Source: Camelus dromedarius (taxonomy: Eukaryota). From it: 64,000 nt of DNA. The stretch covers positions 49,788,001-49,852,000 of the forward strand of contig NC_087436.1 in assembly GCF_036321535.1 (NCBI RefSeq). Reading direction: 5' to 3'. Below, in pieces: positions 1 to 14,160 of the stretch (the first letter of the stretch is position 1; the number at the start of each line of letters is the position of its first letter). The position numbers and the translations under genes are program-made. Under the pieces are notes generated by a model, which worked only from the letters and a program-made list of their open reading frames with translations, was not told the origin of the DNA and did no database searches.

Positions 1-3000
1 AAGGTTTGTATGGGAAGGAAAAGGAAGAGTAAATATAAGGAGGTCAAAATCAGTAAGAGAGAAAAAAATGAGGGAGCAGTTGAAGAAATGGAAAGTTGAT
101 AAACCAGTTATTGGGAACTTTGTCCACTTTATGCTACTTGCAGATATATCAACTTTTCATCCAGGACCTCATCTAAATTATTGACAGAAATGTCCATCTG
201 AACAGAGATGGAAGGATTCCTGAGACATGTCCTTGAAGTTCTCTACCAAGAAATTCCCCATCACTAGTTAAAACATCTTTATATATCTTGTTCAACCATA
301 TTTCTGCTCTGTGAAATTTTCTAGATCCATTTGGGTCACCCATAGTATCCTTTATTTATGGGTCCTTTGGCTTTCATTTGAATGCTTCTACTCTATCCTC
401 ATGGACTTCCCCACAGTTAGAGAGCTCCTTGGTGTTCTGTGCTACTTGGCCCCCCCCCCCCATCTATATCCTTTAAACCAAGAATCATTCTACTTCCACT
501 TTCCATGTATGGCCTTGTCTTATTAAAGTAGAGTTCCCTTTAGAGGGCTCATTTATTTTCTTAGTTTAAAATTCAAGTTAACTCAGTTGATTTTCTATAT
601 CAGACAAACAAGTGGCTGCAAATTTTGTTTCTCACTCCATCCTCAGTATATTTTCCAGTGAATTATAAGTCATCTTCACCTCCAATTGCCATCCTGTTTT
701 AGGCAACCAAGGCCATTGTACACACAGAGATTACATCTGGAAATGTTCCTGTCTCTTCCTGATGTCTCAGATTAGAATATCCCTCTTCTCTCTCTCTTGA
801 TTTTTTGAAAATATTATGAGTCTCAGAGCTATATCAATAATCAATTAATTCTGAGCTTTTGCCAAATTACAAAAGTTCGTTATATTTCTGGCAGGCAGCG
901 GGTCACAGGACAGGAAGGACAATAGGCAGGAACCTGAGAGCAGGTCTGCAGAGCAAGAAATAGGGAAGCTCGTGTTTAACATTTCTCCACAGTCACCTGA
1001 GTCAGTGCTTTCTTGACTCCGGTACAAACTGAAAAAATCTCTCTAAAACTGGTTTATCAAGTATAAGTCATCAAAAAGTAAGCCTTGCCTAATCGGCTTT
1101 AAGCCCCTCTATAATAGGAGCCTTAACTTCATGATTTCTACACAATTTAAATTTAGTCTGCTTACCTCATTCCCAAAGTTGGCTTCTCCACAGTTTTCTA
1201 CGGAAACATTCTAATTCGACTAAAATGCTGCCCTAAGATTCTATGACATTCTGGCTTACTCTATGACATTCTGGCATAATTCTTTGTTTTTTAATCAGTA
1301 AAGTTTATAGAACTTTTTTATTGTTTTTCTTTTTCTTTTTTTTCCCCTCTATGCTTAGATGGCAAATGTTTTTTCTGGGGTTTTTTTTTTTTTTAATGTC
1401 TTTACTCATCACACATTTGAAGAAGGCCATGAATTTTTATCCACCTTGGAGTTCATCCTGTACCAAATGAGTCCACAGGCCTTCTTTGCTCTCACTTGTT
1501 CAAGTTCTGAAATTTTAAATCAGATTGGTTTTATTGAGCACCGAAGTGAATGATAGCATTTTCACAGAAGCCTCTGAGAAGTATAATTGTGTCTGAGTTA
1601 AACTGGGAAAGTTGTCTGTATTGACTGAAAGGAGAAACTTGGAAAAGGCTAAAGTTTGGAAAGGCTTCGGAATAATTAAGAAGAATGACTGCTAAGCCAA
1701 GTACCATATTCTTAGTGGTATAGTCTATAGAAATTGAGAGTGGGAAACAGATGGAAGTTGAGGTATAGGCTCAATATCACTGGGAGTGTCAGATCAGAAA
1801 TCATTTTTGGAAGTGTAAAAGGAGCTTTGTGTGTGGGTGGAGCTCAAGAGGTGGGATGCAAATCCTGGGAGGTACCAGACAAAGAATGAAAAATCGAGTC
1901 TTCGGTAGTAAGTAGGGCTCATCTGCTTTGCGGAAGAGCTATGTGATATTTCCCTAAGTACTGATTACACGTATTTTCAAATCCCATAGCTTCTGAATTT
2001 TTAAAATTTGAATGCAAACCCAGACGATGTGTAACTATTCTACAGCAAGAGCAGGGAGTTTTTAGGTGATTTTCTTCACTTAGGCTTCTCTTCTTTTGCA
2101 CTCTGGTGTTCTAGAGGTATCACGTTTATCTAGATTTAATTCTCACATGGATTTTTAGCTTCCAAAGATCACAAAGTAGATGGAACAGCTCTACGGGTAA
2201 GGCAAAATAATGAAAGGATTTACCAGACTTAAGGACTGGAGGAAGAGACTGAACGCAGGGAAGCTGCTGTGCGAGCGTGCTTGCCGGGACTTGCTGGGCT
2301 CCTGCGATCCTGGGGAGGAACAAAGGGCTGGCAGGTGGAAGACAGCCGCAAACACTGTCGGGCCAGGTGCTCGGCATGAAAACTCGGCTGTAGCCGGGAT
2401 CCCAGATGGCTTGAAAGAGAGGTGCGAATGAAATGACCCAGAGACGTCAGGAGATGGGAGAGGAAGGCAATAAGCTACATTTAGGGTCCTCGCAATTAGA
2501 AGAATTTCACTTGCTTGGCAGCTATCTGAGCGATAATGAACGTTTGAATCATTCTTGAATTGTGGATAGGTGGATTTACTTCTGGAGAAGTATTGTCTAG
2601 CTTCCTTCGGCTTTAGCTTTCCCCAACCCACTCTCAATTGTTTTCATTTGAAAAGAGCGTGAATATATTTAAGGACTTCTTAAAGCCAGAATGAAAGGCT
2701 GGAATTTTTAATTAAACATATGCTACATAATCATATGTATTATCAAAGTACGAGAATCTAAGGCACTAAAAATAAGTTGTCCATATTGAAATATTATATA
2801 TAAAACATATATATACACTATATAATACTATGTATATTCTATATAATATATTCTATATAATATATTCTATATATATTATATTGATGGGCCACATATGTTT
2901 TATAGTTAGAATACTGGTGGGATTTTTCTTTTCTGGAGATGTAAGCACGTTAAATAATAGTATCTGTTATGTGTGTGTGTGTTTGTCAGTAGCAAACTTA

Positions 3001-4769
3001 TAAATTTTAATTTTGCTTAACAAACAATATTCCCTATGGTTTTCATAAGTAGCATAAAATAATTTTGTGTACATTTCTGTAAAATTTTTCAATATACAGA
3101 TATTTCATGAATATAGTACTAATTCTTCCAAGTGCTGTTTCCTTATCCTAAATTTTTTTTGGCATTTTGATTGAGTTTTATGATTGACAAATTTACTTGG
3201 AAATACATTCTTTAAAAACATTGAACTATTTTTTTTTTTAATGTGTCAGTTTGAAGATAAAAACATAGCCACAAGCTAGCTCTAAAAAATGCCAAAAACT
3301 GATAAAGGCTTTATATACCTATATATTTTGTGTATTTGAGAAGTTGAAGAACAGGTTCACAATCTTGAAACATACACAGGCATTATCACTAGACATGAAA
3401 TATTGAAGCTGTAAAAGAAAGGAAAGATCATATATCCCAATAAGGTTAATGTGACTATGTAGTTCAGTATTCTTTTTATATGGTCAGAAATCATCACAAA
3501 GTACTAAATATATAGCAAATGATGGGAAAACATTCTCCGTGGTGTGTTGTATTTCTATACATCTTCGGAGTGAGATACTCACTTCCCTTTGTTCTTGACT
3601 ACCTTTCAAAGATTTTTGTTTTAGCAAACATCCTTGGGAGATAGAGATAGTATCTTTGTCCAGAGTAGAGGGCAGACATGGCATCTGCCCATTTATACAA
3701 AAAGGATACAGGAGCTCCAAGGCAGAGTTCTGTAATGCAACCTCTTGGGTGCGTTGCTCTGTAGAAAATGAAGCTTGAGGAATCAGCACAAGAAATGCTG
3801 ATACTCTGGCTGTTGCTAGCACCATAAATAACAAAGTTTTTTATTTGTGACTCAGGAATCTCATGAGTCTGGGACAGCATTTATGAAACTATGGCAAGCT
3901 AGCTTGTTTCCTAGAAAGTGGAGGTCCTTTAAAGTCCTCCACAATGATCATTAGTAGGAAAAAATGCAGGTAAAGTACCCTGAAAGTAAGGAAATCCTTT
4001 TCTACGAGACTATGGAATCATAGTGTGTACCATACAGTAATCAAATGGCAAGTGCATCAATTTTCATATGGTACAAAACTCACATACTTGTTATGATATA
4101 ATGTCTCCTATTTTTAAAAATAATTTGCAATTCTAAAAAGTACGTACACTATATATATATATATTTCTAATTTTTAGCAATGCTACAAAAGATTTAATGC
4201 AAGAATCTGATGAAATGTATATTTTAGGAGTTTATATTATAAAGCCTATCAAATTTGAAATATATTGTATTTAAATAATGAAGGGTCCACTCCACATCAA
4301 TTGATGATTCAAAAGATGTGAGTTATAGGGTGTTTAGATTATTACAGTACTTTCAAGCAGAGGTGGTACCTAGTTATAGAGCGAAAAAGATAAAGTATGT
4401 TAGCTTGTTCCCTTTTGATGAGCATCTCTCCCCCTTTATCCTTGGTCATCATTCATTTCTCACATTTGTTGTTAGTCTTTCTCTCCAAACATATTAATAT
4501 ATACTCAGGTTTTTTCCTTAAAGAAAAGTATGGCTTAATTTTTCCTGGTAATTTTATATTTTAAATGGGCTTTCTGAAGAAATTTTAAAAATTTCTTAGG
4601 GACCTATTTAGTCAATCCAGGATGGTAGAATTCTAGGATTGGAATGAATGAAACTTTTCAACATGTATCATGACTGACACCAGTCTTTACAGTCTTCACT
4701 CCAGTCCGCAAAGGCTATTCCTCTGTCTCTTGGTCTCATAATTACATAAATTTTGTAAGAAAAGATCAA

Positions 4770-4990
4770 CACAGTAGGTTTAGCAAACAATATTTGGAAT
4801 CAGAAGACTGTCTATAAATTTTATGCTAACTGCTAGTTGGATAAACTGGGGAAAGTTACTGAATTGCTCTGAGCACCTTTTCTCGGATTTATAAAATAGA
4901 GAAACAATAGCCAAACTTTCCTCTGATAGCCATGTTGAGGATCAAACTAAATGACATGCCTGAGTGGTCTTATAAATGGTTAAGTTATAT
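4770..4990 (+). mobile_element. MIR SINE
   Basis: ttggaatcagaagac...tggggaaagttactgaattgctctgagcac...gttgaggatcaaa, matching the MIR core. Confidence 0.6.
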
Positions 4991-7900
4991 ACAAATGTAA
5001 CTAGGAAACATAAAAATGAGCAAATAATTTTTGAGGCAGAATTGAATGATCTATGCACTTTAATACTTGTCAAGGTCTTTATAAGTTTATATCACTACAT
5101 GAGCCTGAATGTTTATCAGCATCACACATTTAATACTATTATTTGATAGTCAGCCAGTTCAGCACTGTGAACATGTTGATAAGTCTTGTTTTATGACTTA
5201 AGAAAAAAGATGCCAATGTCTGATTCTCTTCATTGCTGGCCCTTGATGAAGTTACTCTAATAAATATTAATTTACTTTAATAAGGTTCCTCTGGAACAAT
5301 GATCCTAGGCATAGCCTAATAAAAACTGTTAAGCTTATGGATGAAGAAAATGTCTTATAAAAAATCAGACAGGAAAAATAAAAGACACCTGAAAAAACTG
5401 AAAACATGGTGGCTGGATATTTCTGCTTCACAATACTAATTTGCAGAACATAATCTGAAATATCAAATTTTTATAAGGCAAAAATATGACATAAGAATTC
5501 CATGGTAAACGAAATAGTTAACAATTTGTGAGGAGTACAAGAATTATACTTTCTCTAATATGTAAGTGCTTGGAAAAACCACCCTCTTACCTTAACTGAA
5601 AAAAAAAAAAAAGAAACGTTATTAGTTGTGACAATAAATGTGAATAAATTAAACTCTACATTTAAAAAGCTAAAATTTGTATTTTGAGCTAAAATGTATT
5701 TGTATATAGAAGCAAGTAAAATGTCAAACAATAGGGAAGGAGGAATGCTTAAATAAACCAGTACAAAATCTGTATAATTTAATGTCATCCAACTATAAAA
5801 ATCACATTGAAAAAATATTTAATAAAACTGGATGGAAAATATATAAAACAGTACTTAATTTAAAAAGTGGAAAACAAAACTCAAGGTGGATATTATTTCA
5901 TTTCTGTTAAATATATTAGGCATAAAGAAAGCAGGGGAAGTATCAGTCTGTGACAGTAGTAATTGCTAGGTGGCATGATTATGCATGATTGTATTTTATG
6001 TTATTTTCAGGGTAATGTTTAATATCTAATGTACTATAATGGCCGTATTTTACTTTTATAATCAGAAATTAAAGAAAGGGACATAAGAGAGCCATTGACA
6101 AATCCTGCAAAAAGTAAACATACTAGTGAGCCTACAAAAGAGTTTGAGAAAAAACAGATGGAGGAGGAACTGCCAAGAGAGGAGACGATTTAAAGATAAA
6201 GGAAACAGCTAACAGTCTCAAATACTGTGGTGAGATCAAATAAGATGGGGTGAAAAGAAGCCATGGGGAAAGTCTAATTGAAAGGGTCATGGATGGACTT
6301 CTCAACAGTAGTCCCAGGCCTTGCCAGGGTCGTTTGCCAGATTCTTTGCTTCTGCAGCCTAAGGAGTGAATGCAGGAAGAGATCATAATCCATTCTTTTG
6401 AGGAACTTGTCTTTGAAAAGGAGAAAAACTGGGTCTCGGCTAAAGGGTAGTACAAAACTAAAGGTTTTTGTTTTTGTTGTCCTTTGTTTTTTAAGGTATG
6501 AAGAGTTAGGCAAGAATTGAATAATGTTACCATAGTGGTTAAAAGCAAAGGGTTTGGAATCAGATGAACCAGACTTGAATCTGGGTTTCAGGGAGGCTGT
6601 GGTATAGAGGGGAGCATACAGTAGATGCCATCCAATGCTGTAGGAGACTTTGGTTGATTTGTTAATTTAAAATATAAGTTCAAATAGGAAATAATGAAGT
6701 CTAACACATTTTTTGATGTTTATTTTAACTTAAAGTATATAAAGACATATTTTTTCATCAAACTCTACATATAGGTTAAAGCTTTTATTTAATTCTTTAA
6801 CGATTTTTTGGAATAAATTACACTCATATGACATCATTTGTAATTTCCAGTTGTGAATTCTTTAAAGTGGAGTTAAAATGTAAAGCCCTTAGGAAACAAA
6901 GGCTTTCCCAAACTTACAGATGGTTCCTGTCCACATCTAATTGAACTACAAATTACAGTTTAACTTAATCGAGGCTTTTCAAAGCATTCAATTTAATTTT
7001 CATAGAAACAAATTGTTTTTTTGTTGGTGGTGTTTATTTTTGCACATATGCTTAAATGGTTTACAAAATGTTTATTTAAATTTAAAATGACAACAAGTGA
7101 GATTGAATAAAATAACTTTGGGGGCAAACTCAGCTGACTCTTGGTAAACCTACAACTCAACTGGAGGGCACAGAGTGCTTGAGCCTATGGGAGGGTGGCT
7201 GACCAGCCCGAGAGCCCTGGGTGAGTTTTACAGAGGAATGGAGTGTTGGTTACCAGTGATTTGGGTAAATGAGGGTGGGTTAAGAGACTCTACAGAAACT
7301 AGATTGAACAAACAGTAAAGCAAGTTCCTAATCCAGAAAAAAAAAATCTATACATTGAAATGTATATGACAGAAAATATGTTTCTTTTTTTTTTTAAAGA
7401 ATGATTTATTGGATGATAATAAGGTTACAGAGATGATAGCAGGTATCTGAAAACTAACTAATAAAAGCACAGTAGAAGCACTGCAGTACTTATCAAAAGT
7501 CCAAGAGTAAAATAGTACCATTATAATTAACTGGAAATCATACACCTTACTGATATGCAATGTGAGACTTTCCTAGTATAAAATGATAAAAACAACAACA
7601 ACAAAAACTGGAACCACATGAACCAGATATTGAAATATTATTTGAAATAAATGTTTATTTCACAAGAAATAAAATGTTGAATGCTTTTTTTGGCTGGAGG
7701 TTTGAAGGGAGATAATTTTAGTAGGAATCCTTAAAGAGATAGACTGAGAATCAAGGTCTGTGATGATTTTTATTTTAAGAAAGTAATGTGGAAGTTTAGT
7801 TTTTTGCCATTTTCATCTCTCAACTGTAAATTTTCATGAAGCAAACTGGACAGTAGATCAAGTTATATAAATTTCTGCTGTGATTGAAATCAAGATCATT

Positions 7901-8639
7901 TTGTTAAAAATGGCTGGTTACTTGTTAGGGTGCTAACTTGTTATAAGTGTTGAGGAAAATGAGGCCAGATACATAGCCCATGAATGTGGGGAGAATACAC
8001 ACCCACAGGACTGCCTACTGAGGCATGTATACAAAGCATGTTTCTGAGCCAAGACAAAGAGGTCAGTGACCAGAAGCACTTTCCAAAACAAGTGGTAAGC
8101 CAGAGAGGAAATTAAGCCATCAGCTGGGGAATAAAGAGAAGCAGTAGAGAGCCAGAGAAACAGAATGATTGGTTTGCCAAACTGGGAAATCTAGAGCAGA
8201 CAGCAGATTGCTGAGACAAAAAGAGACAGGGCTGAGACAGATGGAGGTAGGGGAGCTCAAGGGCCAGTTTCCAGTCTTCTGAACATTGAGCACCATCACT
8301 CCACTTCTGTTTCCTGTGTCTGTACTTCCTTTTTCTGGGATCATCCCACTGGGTCTGAAGGTGGAGTTCGTGCTTATTGCTGCTTTCAGGCAAGTCTCCC
8401 TTTCTTCTTCCTGAAGTGTCCCATGTCATCACAGCACAGTATCTTTTACCCTCCATTTTTACTGTCTGCAATTCCTCAGAACCTTCTTCTCAAATGTCAA
8501 CCGTTTATCTCTTAGTTTTTTATTATTCTATGCACTGATGCTGTCTTCTTATTTTAGACCACTTCAGTATTTCACAAGGATGAGACTATGGTGAGGCCAA
8601 TAAAATTTTAAGGAGACATTCACTTTCACTCTTAGGGTC

Positions 8640-9432
8640 ATGCCAGTTTCTTATCATTACCAATAATTTCAACTCCTTGAAAACCTCAATGTCCTTTCCA
8701 GCGCAACACTTCTGGTACCCCTATTCCAATAGTTCTTCAACCCCACCAATTGATTGTTCCTACTAACTTAATTGCCCCTCATCCCCTTTATCCCTTCACT
8801 CTTTTTGTTACCATCTTTAATTCTGTGCACCATCATTATCATCATCATCATTCCCTTGCATATACATCCTCTACTCCCCTGCCTTTCCTGACTTCCTTGT
8901 ATTCACTTGGAAAAAACACAGACCCAAATAAATTCAACTCACTGCCTACTTCATACTGGCACCATGCAGCTAAATGTGGTTGGAGAAAAGCATACAGTCC
9001 TGCTGAAAGCATTTTCTTTACATTGATGGTTACTAAGCTCAAGTAGGATATCCAGGCTGCTGGGAAAGCATACTGTATTTCCCTAGTTTCTTTATTCTGT
9101 CATCCTCCTACATGACAATTTCCTGCTTCCTCCTCTCCCCTCAAACCCAGCCCATCCTTCCCCATCTAATGCTAGTTGATTTTGCTTCCTACTTCATTGA
9201 GAACATTCAACATTGAGGAAAAAATATATTTATAATATATAGAGATAGATGATGGATGGATAGATATAGATAAGTTGATAGATAGATGGTTAATTAGTTA
9301 GACAGCTATCTCTCTGGCTAGGATGTAAGCTCCTTTAGGACAAAGATCTTTGTTTTGTTCACTGATATTCTGACAGCTTAATATAGAGTGACACCTAGTA
9401 AATTCAAATAAATATTTATTAAATGAATGAAC
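8640..9432 (+). mobile_element. LINE-2 fragments ending in the L2 3' terminus
   Basis: Pyrimidine-rich L2-type body; ends taagctcctttaggacaaagatctttgttttgttcactg...aataaatatttattaaatgaatgaa. Confidence 0.7.
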
Positions 9433-9439
9433 AGGAAAT

Positions 9440-10600
9440 ACAGAAAGTAGTTTAGAATTATACTTTATACCACAATAAATTTTAGTTTTATATAGTTAAA
9501 TATTTTTTAAAAATCAAAGTATTGAAACCCAGAAAAAAATATGTGTATATGTTTTGACTGTGAGTCTGGCTGATAATTTTCTAAACTTAAAAGCAATGGG
9601 GAAAAATCACAGGGAAACTGTATAAACTTGATCACATAAAAATTTGAAATTTCTAAATGGCACAAAACATTACAAACATAATTTTAAAAAGAAACACACA
9701 TGATAGATATTATTTAACAGGAGTAGAGCTGCAATGAATTAATTTCCTTACCATGTAATCATAAAGTAACTGAACAAACATGGTGCAAAAAACATAAAGA
9801 AGCTTACAAAATCTAGAGAAAATGTTAAATTCTATTGATTTAAGAAATATAGATTTACACAGTAGAATTTTACTTCTTTTAAATTACCAAAGTAGAATAA
9901 TAATAATTTTAAATTTTTAATAATTGTTATTAAACTTAATCAGTAAATACTAAAATATAATGTAATAAATTTAACATAATTTAATTTAGAATAATAATAA
10001 TTTAAAAACTAGGGCTGTAGTGAGCAGGAAACTCATTTTTCTCCTAAAACAATTTAAAAATATATGTACTAAATTTAAAAAAAGTATTCCTGTATTTTTG
10101 ATGCAATAATTTAACATCTGGGAATCATTTGCATTTCAAAAGAAAGCAGCAGTTTCAAATATATAGATGTCCTTGTATAAATAAAAAAAAATTATGATAG
10201 TAATTTTCCTAAAAGCAAAAATTGGTAATGAAGAAATCTAACTTTATAAAAATAAAGGGGAAAAAAAGACAATTTTTGTGTAGTCATAGGGTGGAGAATC
10301 ATGCATCCATTAGAATTGCTATTTTTAAAATAGAGGCTTTAATATGATAAATTAGTTATATAATTTTTTTAAAAAGGAAATAAACTTGTAATCACTATGC
10401 CCTTAATTCAGAAAAACAAATGTATAGAAAAAAGACAGGAAGGAAATAAAGCAAAATGTATACAGCAGTTATATACTAAATAGTTATATACAGCATTACA
10501 GGTTATTTTGATTTTTTAAAAAATGTTTACATAGTTTTCAAAGGTGCTCCAACAAGCACATTTTACTTTTTTATTCAGAAAGAGACTTTATTTTTTTTAA
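9440..10600 (+). mobile_element. Ancient, decayed L1M 3' region
   Basis: A-rich, with L1M-like remnants (acataaaaatttgaaatttct; aaaaaagacaggaaggaaataaagcaaaatg). Confidence 0.45.
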
Positions 10601-10882
10601 TAAGGAGAAGAATATAGATATAATTAGCAGAACATCATAAGCGAATCACCGTACTTGGGCATGTCCTATAAAGATCTGAGTAAAAGTACATATCTATATA
10701 CAATTACATATATATATATATAGTGAATATAAATATTCATTTCAAAGTCAATCAATTCTGTTGACCTAGATTTGTTAAATATAGTCCAGGCTCTCTTTCT
10801 CTGTATTATTGTTCTGTCCTCCTAGTTTACTTTACTTCTATTTCTAAACCGAGTCTGACTACTCTGTCTCCTTCCCTCACTA

Positions 10883-12554
10883 CCTTTGTAATAAAGATAT
10901 GGGGAAGTTGCTTGGCAGCCTCATCTTCCTGCTTACTCTTGAGTCTCTTCTACACAAGTTAAGCTCTTCTACCTGTGGCTTATCTGGTTCTTGCATTGTG
11001 TGTCCTAGATTTCTGCCTCTGTCCAGTTCCCATGCCATAGAAATGTAAGAGCCCTTCTGGGAGAGAGACGGCAATTCAGGATAGACTTTCCCCTCTTCTA
11101 TTCTGTCTGGGTTTGAAATGCTCCCCCTTACTACCACTTCAGGTCTGTAATGATCTATTTCTAACTACTTAACATCTGAGCTGTTGCAATTTTCAGGGCC
11201 TTGCTAACTGAATGCCTGATAAGCGTCACTTACACTCCTGAGTATCTCCCTCAGTCCTCCAAAGTAGTATGCCCCAACCCGTTCAACACTTGGATTCTTT
11301 CTTTTCCCCTCTTCCTCTCTTCAGGCTCTCTTTTCTCTTTAGGTGCGCCTGCCATCATTTGTTGTTGTTCCCAGCCTACCTGCATGATCTGGAGCTTCCA
11401 GCCTCATCGGGCATCTCTTCTTTTAGGTACATCCTCATCTCTGGAAATTGTTCCTTCACAACAACACTTACACAGATCACAGAAACATTAGAAATTAATT
11501 ATAGTTCAATTCTGCTTTTCCTGAAATCAGAGGATGACTTTTGTAACTTTGTGGCAGGAAAGAGTCATGTTGGGAGCATTGCCACATTAACGTTGCAGTT
11601 GTATGTTAATGTGAAATTACACTGTAATCCAGTATTTAGAGATTATTGGAAAAAAGTGATGATAGGCTCTTTGTTACTGTTGTTATATTTGAATCTCAGA
11701 TAAGCACTCATCTTCATACATTTAGCAAGCTGCAGGAATTAGCTGCATGAATATGATCTATCACTGAGATTAGTGTCCTGTTTGTATGAACAAAAATACT
11801 CATTTCTGAATCATGTCATGGCCAATGAAACCCCAGTTCCTTGTACATGTAGAGCTTAATCATCAGGTGCATAAATGATTTTACTATACTTCCTGTCCAA
11901 CTTCACATTCGTTGTATTCCTCTTCCAGTCCCGAATGCCTATTTATTATATTCTGTACCCACATCCTTGAGATATTTCTGCATAATGAAAACAGCAATGT
12001 CAGTAAGCTCTACCACTTTATTGAGTTTAGCCGACAGCAGAGTATCTAATATATTAACAACAATATACTGGTTGCCATCAAAATTTTGCCAATATATCTT
12101 ATAGCTACTATTTCAACCATTTGAAATTTGTACTTATACCACACTTATACATATTTTTATAACAATTCTCACTTAGGAAGCAACCATACAACCTTAGTAA
12201 AACCATAAGAATTTCACCAATATTGTATAACATAAGCAACTATAGTTTCTATCATCAAATTATGTATTTTAATAGCTAACTTGCATCTTACCTACGTCAG
12301 TTGTGCTTGCTATCTTTTATCTTTGCAAACAGCCTATCTTGAATTGCCACAGTCTCTCTCCAAAAAGGACTCATATCTTCCACAATATGGAAACAGGGCA
12401 GAAGCAGAATTCTGGGTGGTGCAACGTAAGAAGATGAGCCACAGGCAAAAGAACTCCTTTCACGACCTGAGAAGGAGATCTAAGAGCAGGCAGAAAGAAG
12501 AGGCTGCTAGGAGTCTTTTTGAAGCAATTTCCCTGTACCCTCTGATACAAGAGG
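10883..12554. repeat. ~1.67-kb segment bounded by ~210-bp diverged inverted repeats
   Basis: The reverse complement of 10883-11088 aligns by eye with 12330-12554 (ctatcctgaattgccgtctctctcccagaaggg vs ctatcttgaattgccacagtctctctccaaaaagg; gataagccacaggtagaaga vs gatgagccacaggcaaaaga). Confidence 0.75.
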
Positions 12555-14059
12555 AAACCAAACCAAGATCAGTGGCTGTAGAAGAAAATATGTATCAGCA
12601 GATAGGGTTCGAGGAATCATTCTTTTCACCCAGCATATTTTTGATATTCTGCAGCACTTTTTGTTGTTGTTCTGTGGATTTTTAAAAATACCAGTCTGCT
12701 TCTGAGACTATGATTTATCTCTCCTGGTCATCAGGAGGCGGGGGTGGAATTAAACATTGAGTTGGGATCCCAGCTCCCATCTTTGGATAAATATAGTTCA
12801 CTAAGTTCTAGAGGAACCTGCCCCAACCTCAGCTGCCATTAATCATAGCACCTAAGTATATGAAAGTTGTCGGATTCTTTTTGGAACAAGAGGAAAACTT
12901 TTCCCACTTAGGATACTCTATCCAAAGTAACATCTGATGCTCATAGGTGCTGGCGAAGGGCTGCCCACAGAGTATGGGATCCTGCCTGGTCCTACTTAGA
13001 TAGAGCACTGGGGAAAAAAAATCTTTCCAGATGGTGGGAGTTGTAGGTGAAAGCCACAGAATTAATAACTTTCTGTCATCAGGGTTTCTAATATGGCTGA
13101 ATAAGCTGGAGGAGATCAAGAAAATTTCATGCTAAGAAAAGCTAGGAGTTCAACTCCTATTAGTGTTGGCTTTAAAACAGTCTGTAGTGTGACCTGACAG
13201 TTGATCTGAACCACATTCCTATAGATAATTATTTATAGTAAAATTGCAGATGTAGCTAGGGTGAAATACTTGGCCTAAACAATATAGGAGCACTAGAATG
13301 GGATATTCTGAGGTGAGGGGTAGGCTGTGTTAATAAAACACGGTAGTTGGCAAAGTAGCCAGCCGCACTGTCAGTGTGAAATGCAGCACCGGGCGAACTG
13401 CTCTTGCATGCTGTTTATACAGTGGAGCTGGCCTTCAGGTGAGCATTGTTGTTCAAACAGCAGAAGTACCTTGATGTGAAAGTTGTTTAAAAACAGAGAT
13501 CACTAGATGTCCAAGGTCCAGGATACTTGGTTTTGTCAGCTAATGTAGGAGGGAAACCAATCTTTTTTTTTTAAGTGATAGCCTTTTGGTGGTAGTCACG
13601 TTTCTTTAAACAGCCCTTTCCTGTCCACAGTTATCAGGCTACACTCCATCCGCCTGCCCGCCCCTTCGCCCCACCCTTGCCCTGGGCTGGCTCTTGTCTT
13701 TTGCAAAGTCCAACCCAAGTCTTACCTCTACCTCTTCCTCTCTATCCTGGTCCTCCAACCATCAAATTTTTTATTCCTGTTAAACCTCTGCCTTGTCTTT
13801 CAAATCCATTGCACACCATTGCTTTCTCCTTTACAAGCTGTGTTCTATAGAATCCATTTATTTGCCCAAGAGGAAGGACTACAGTAGCTTCTTGGTGATA
13901 GGAAAAAGGTGAGTAAAAGGATGGAGCTGCACTGTTGTACTGCTGCACAGGATGTAAGAGCTTTTATTAGAAGCTCTCTTAGCAATAGCAATACAGAAAA
14001 CAAGTGTAATGAATGAGAGTGCATGTAAGAAACTCTGAACTGGTTCAAAGTTTATATCC

Positions 14060-14094
14060 CTCTATCTATGTACCTATATATCTATGTATCTATG

Positions 14095-14136
<42 letters not shown>

Positions 14137-14160
14137 CTGATCTATGTTTCTATCTATGTA
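14060..14160. repeat. (TATC)n / (TATG)n tetranucleotide microsatellite
   Basis: Visible tandem run, purest at ~14096-14135. Confidence 0.9.

Noticed and set aside
1240..1275. Direct repeat tctatgacattctggc x2 (20-bp period)
   Set aside because: A simple two-copy slippage duplication, not an array.
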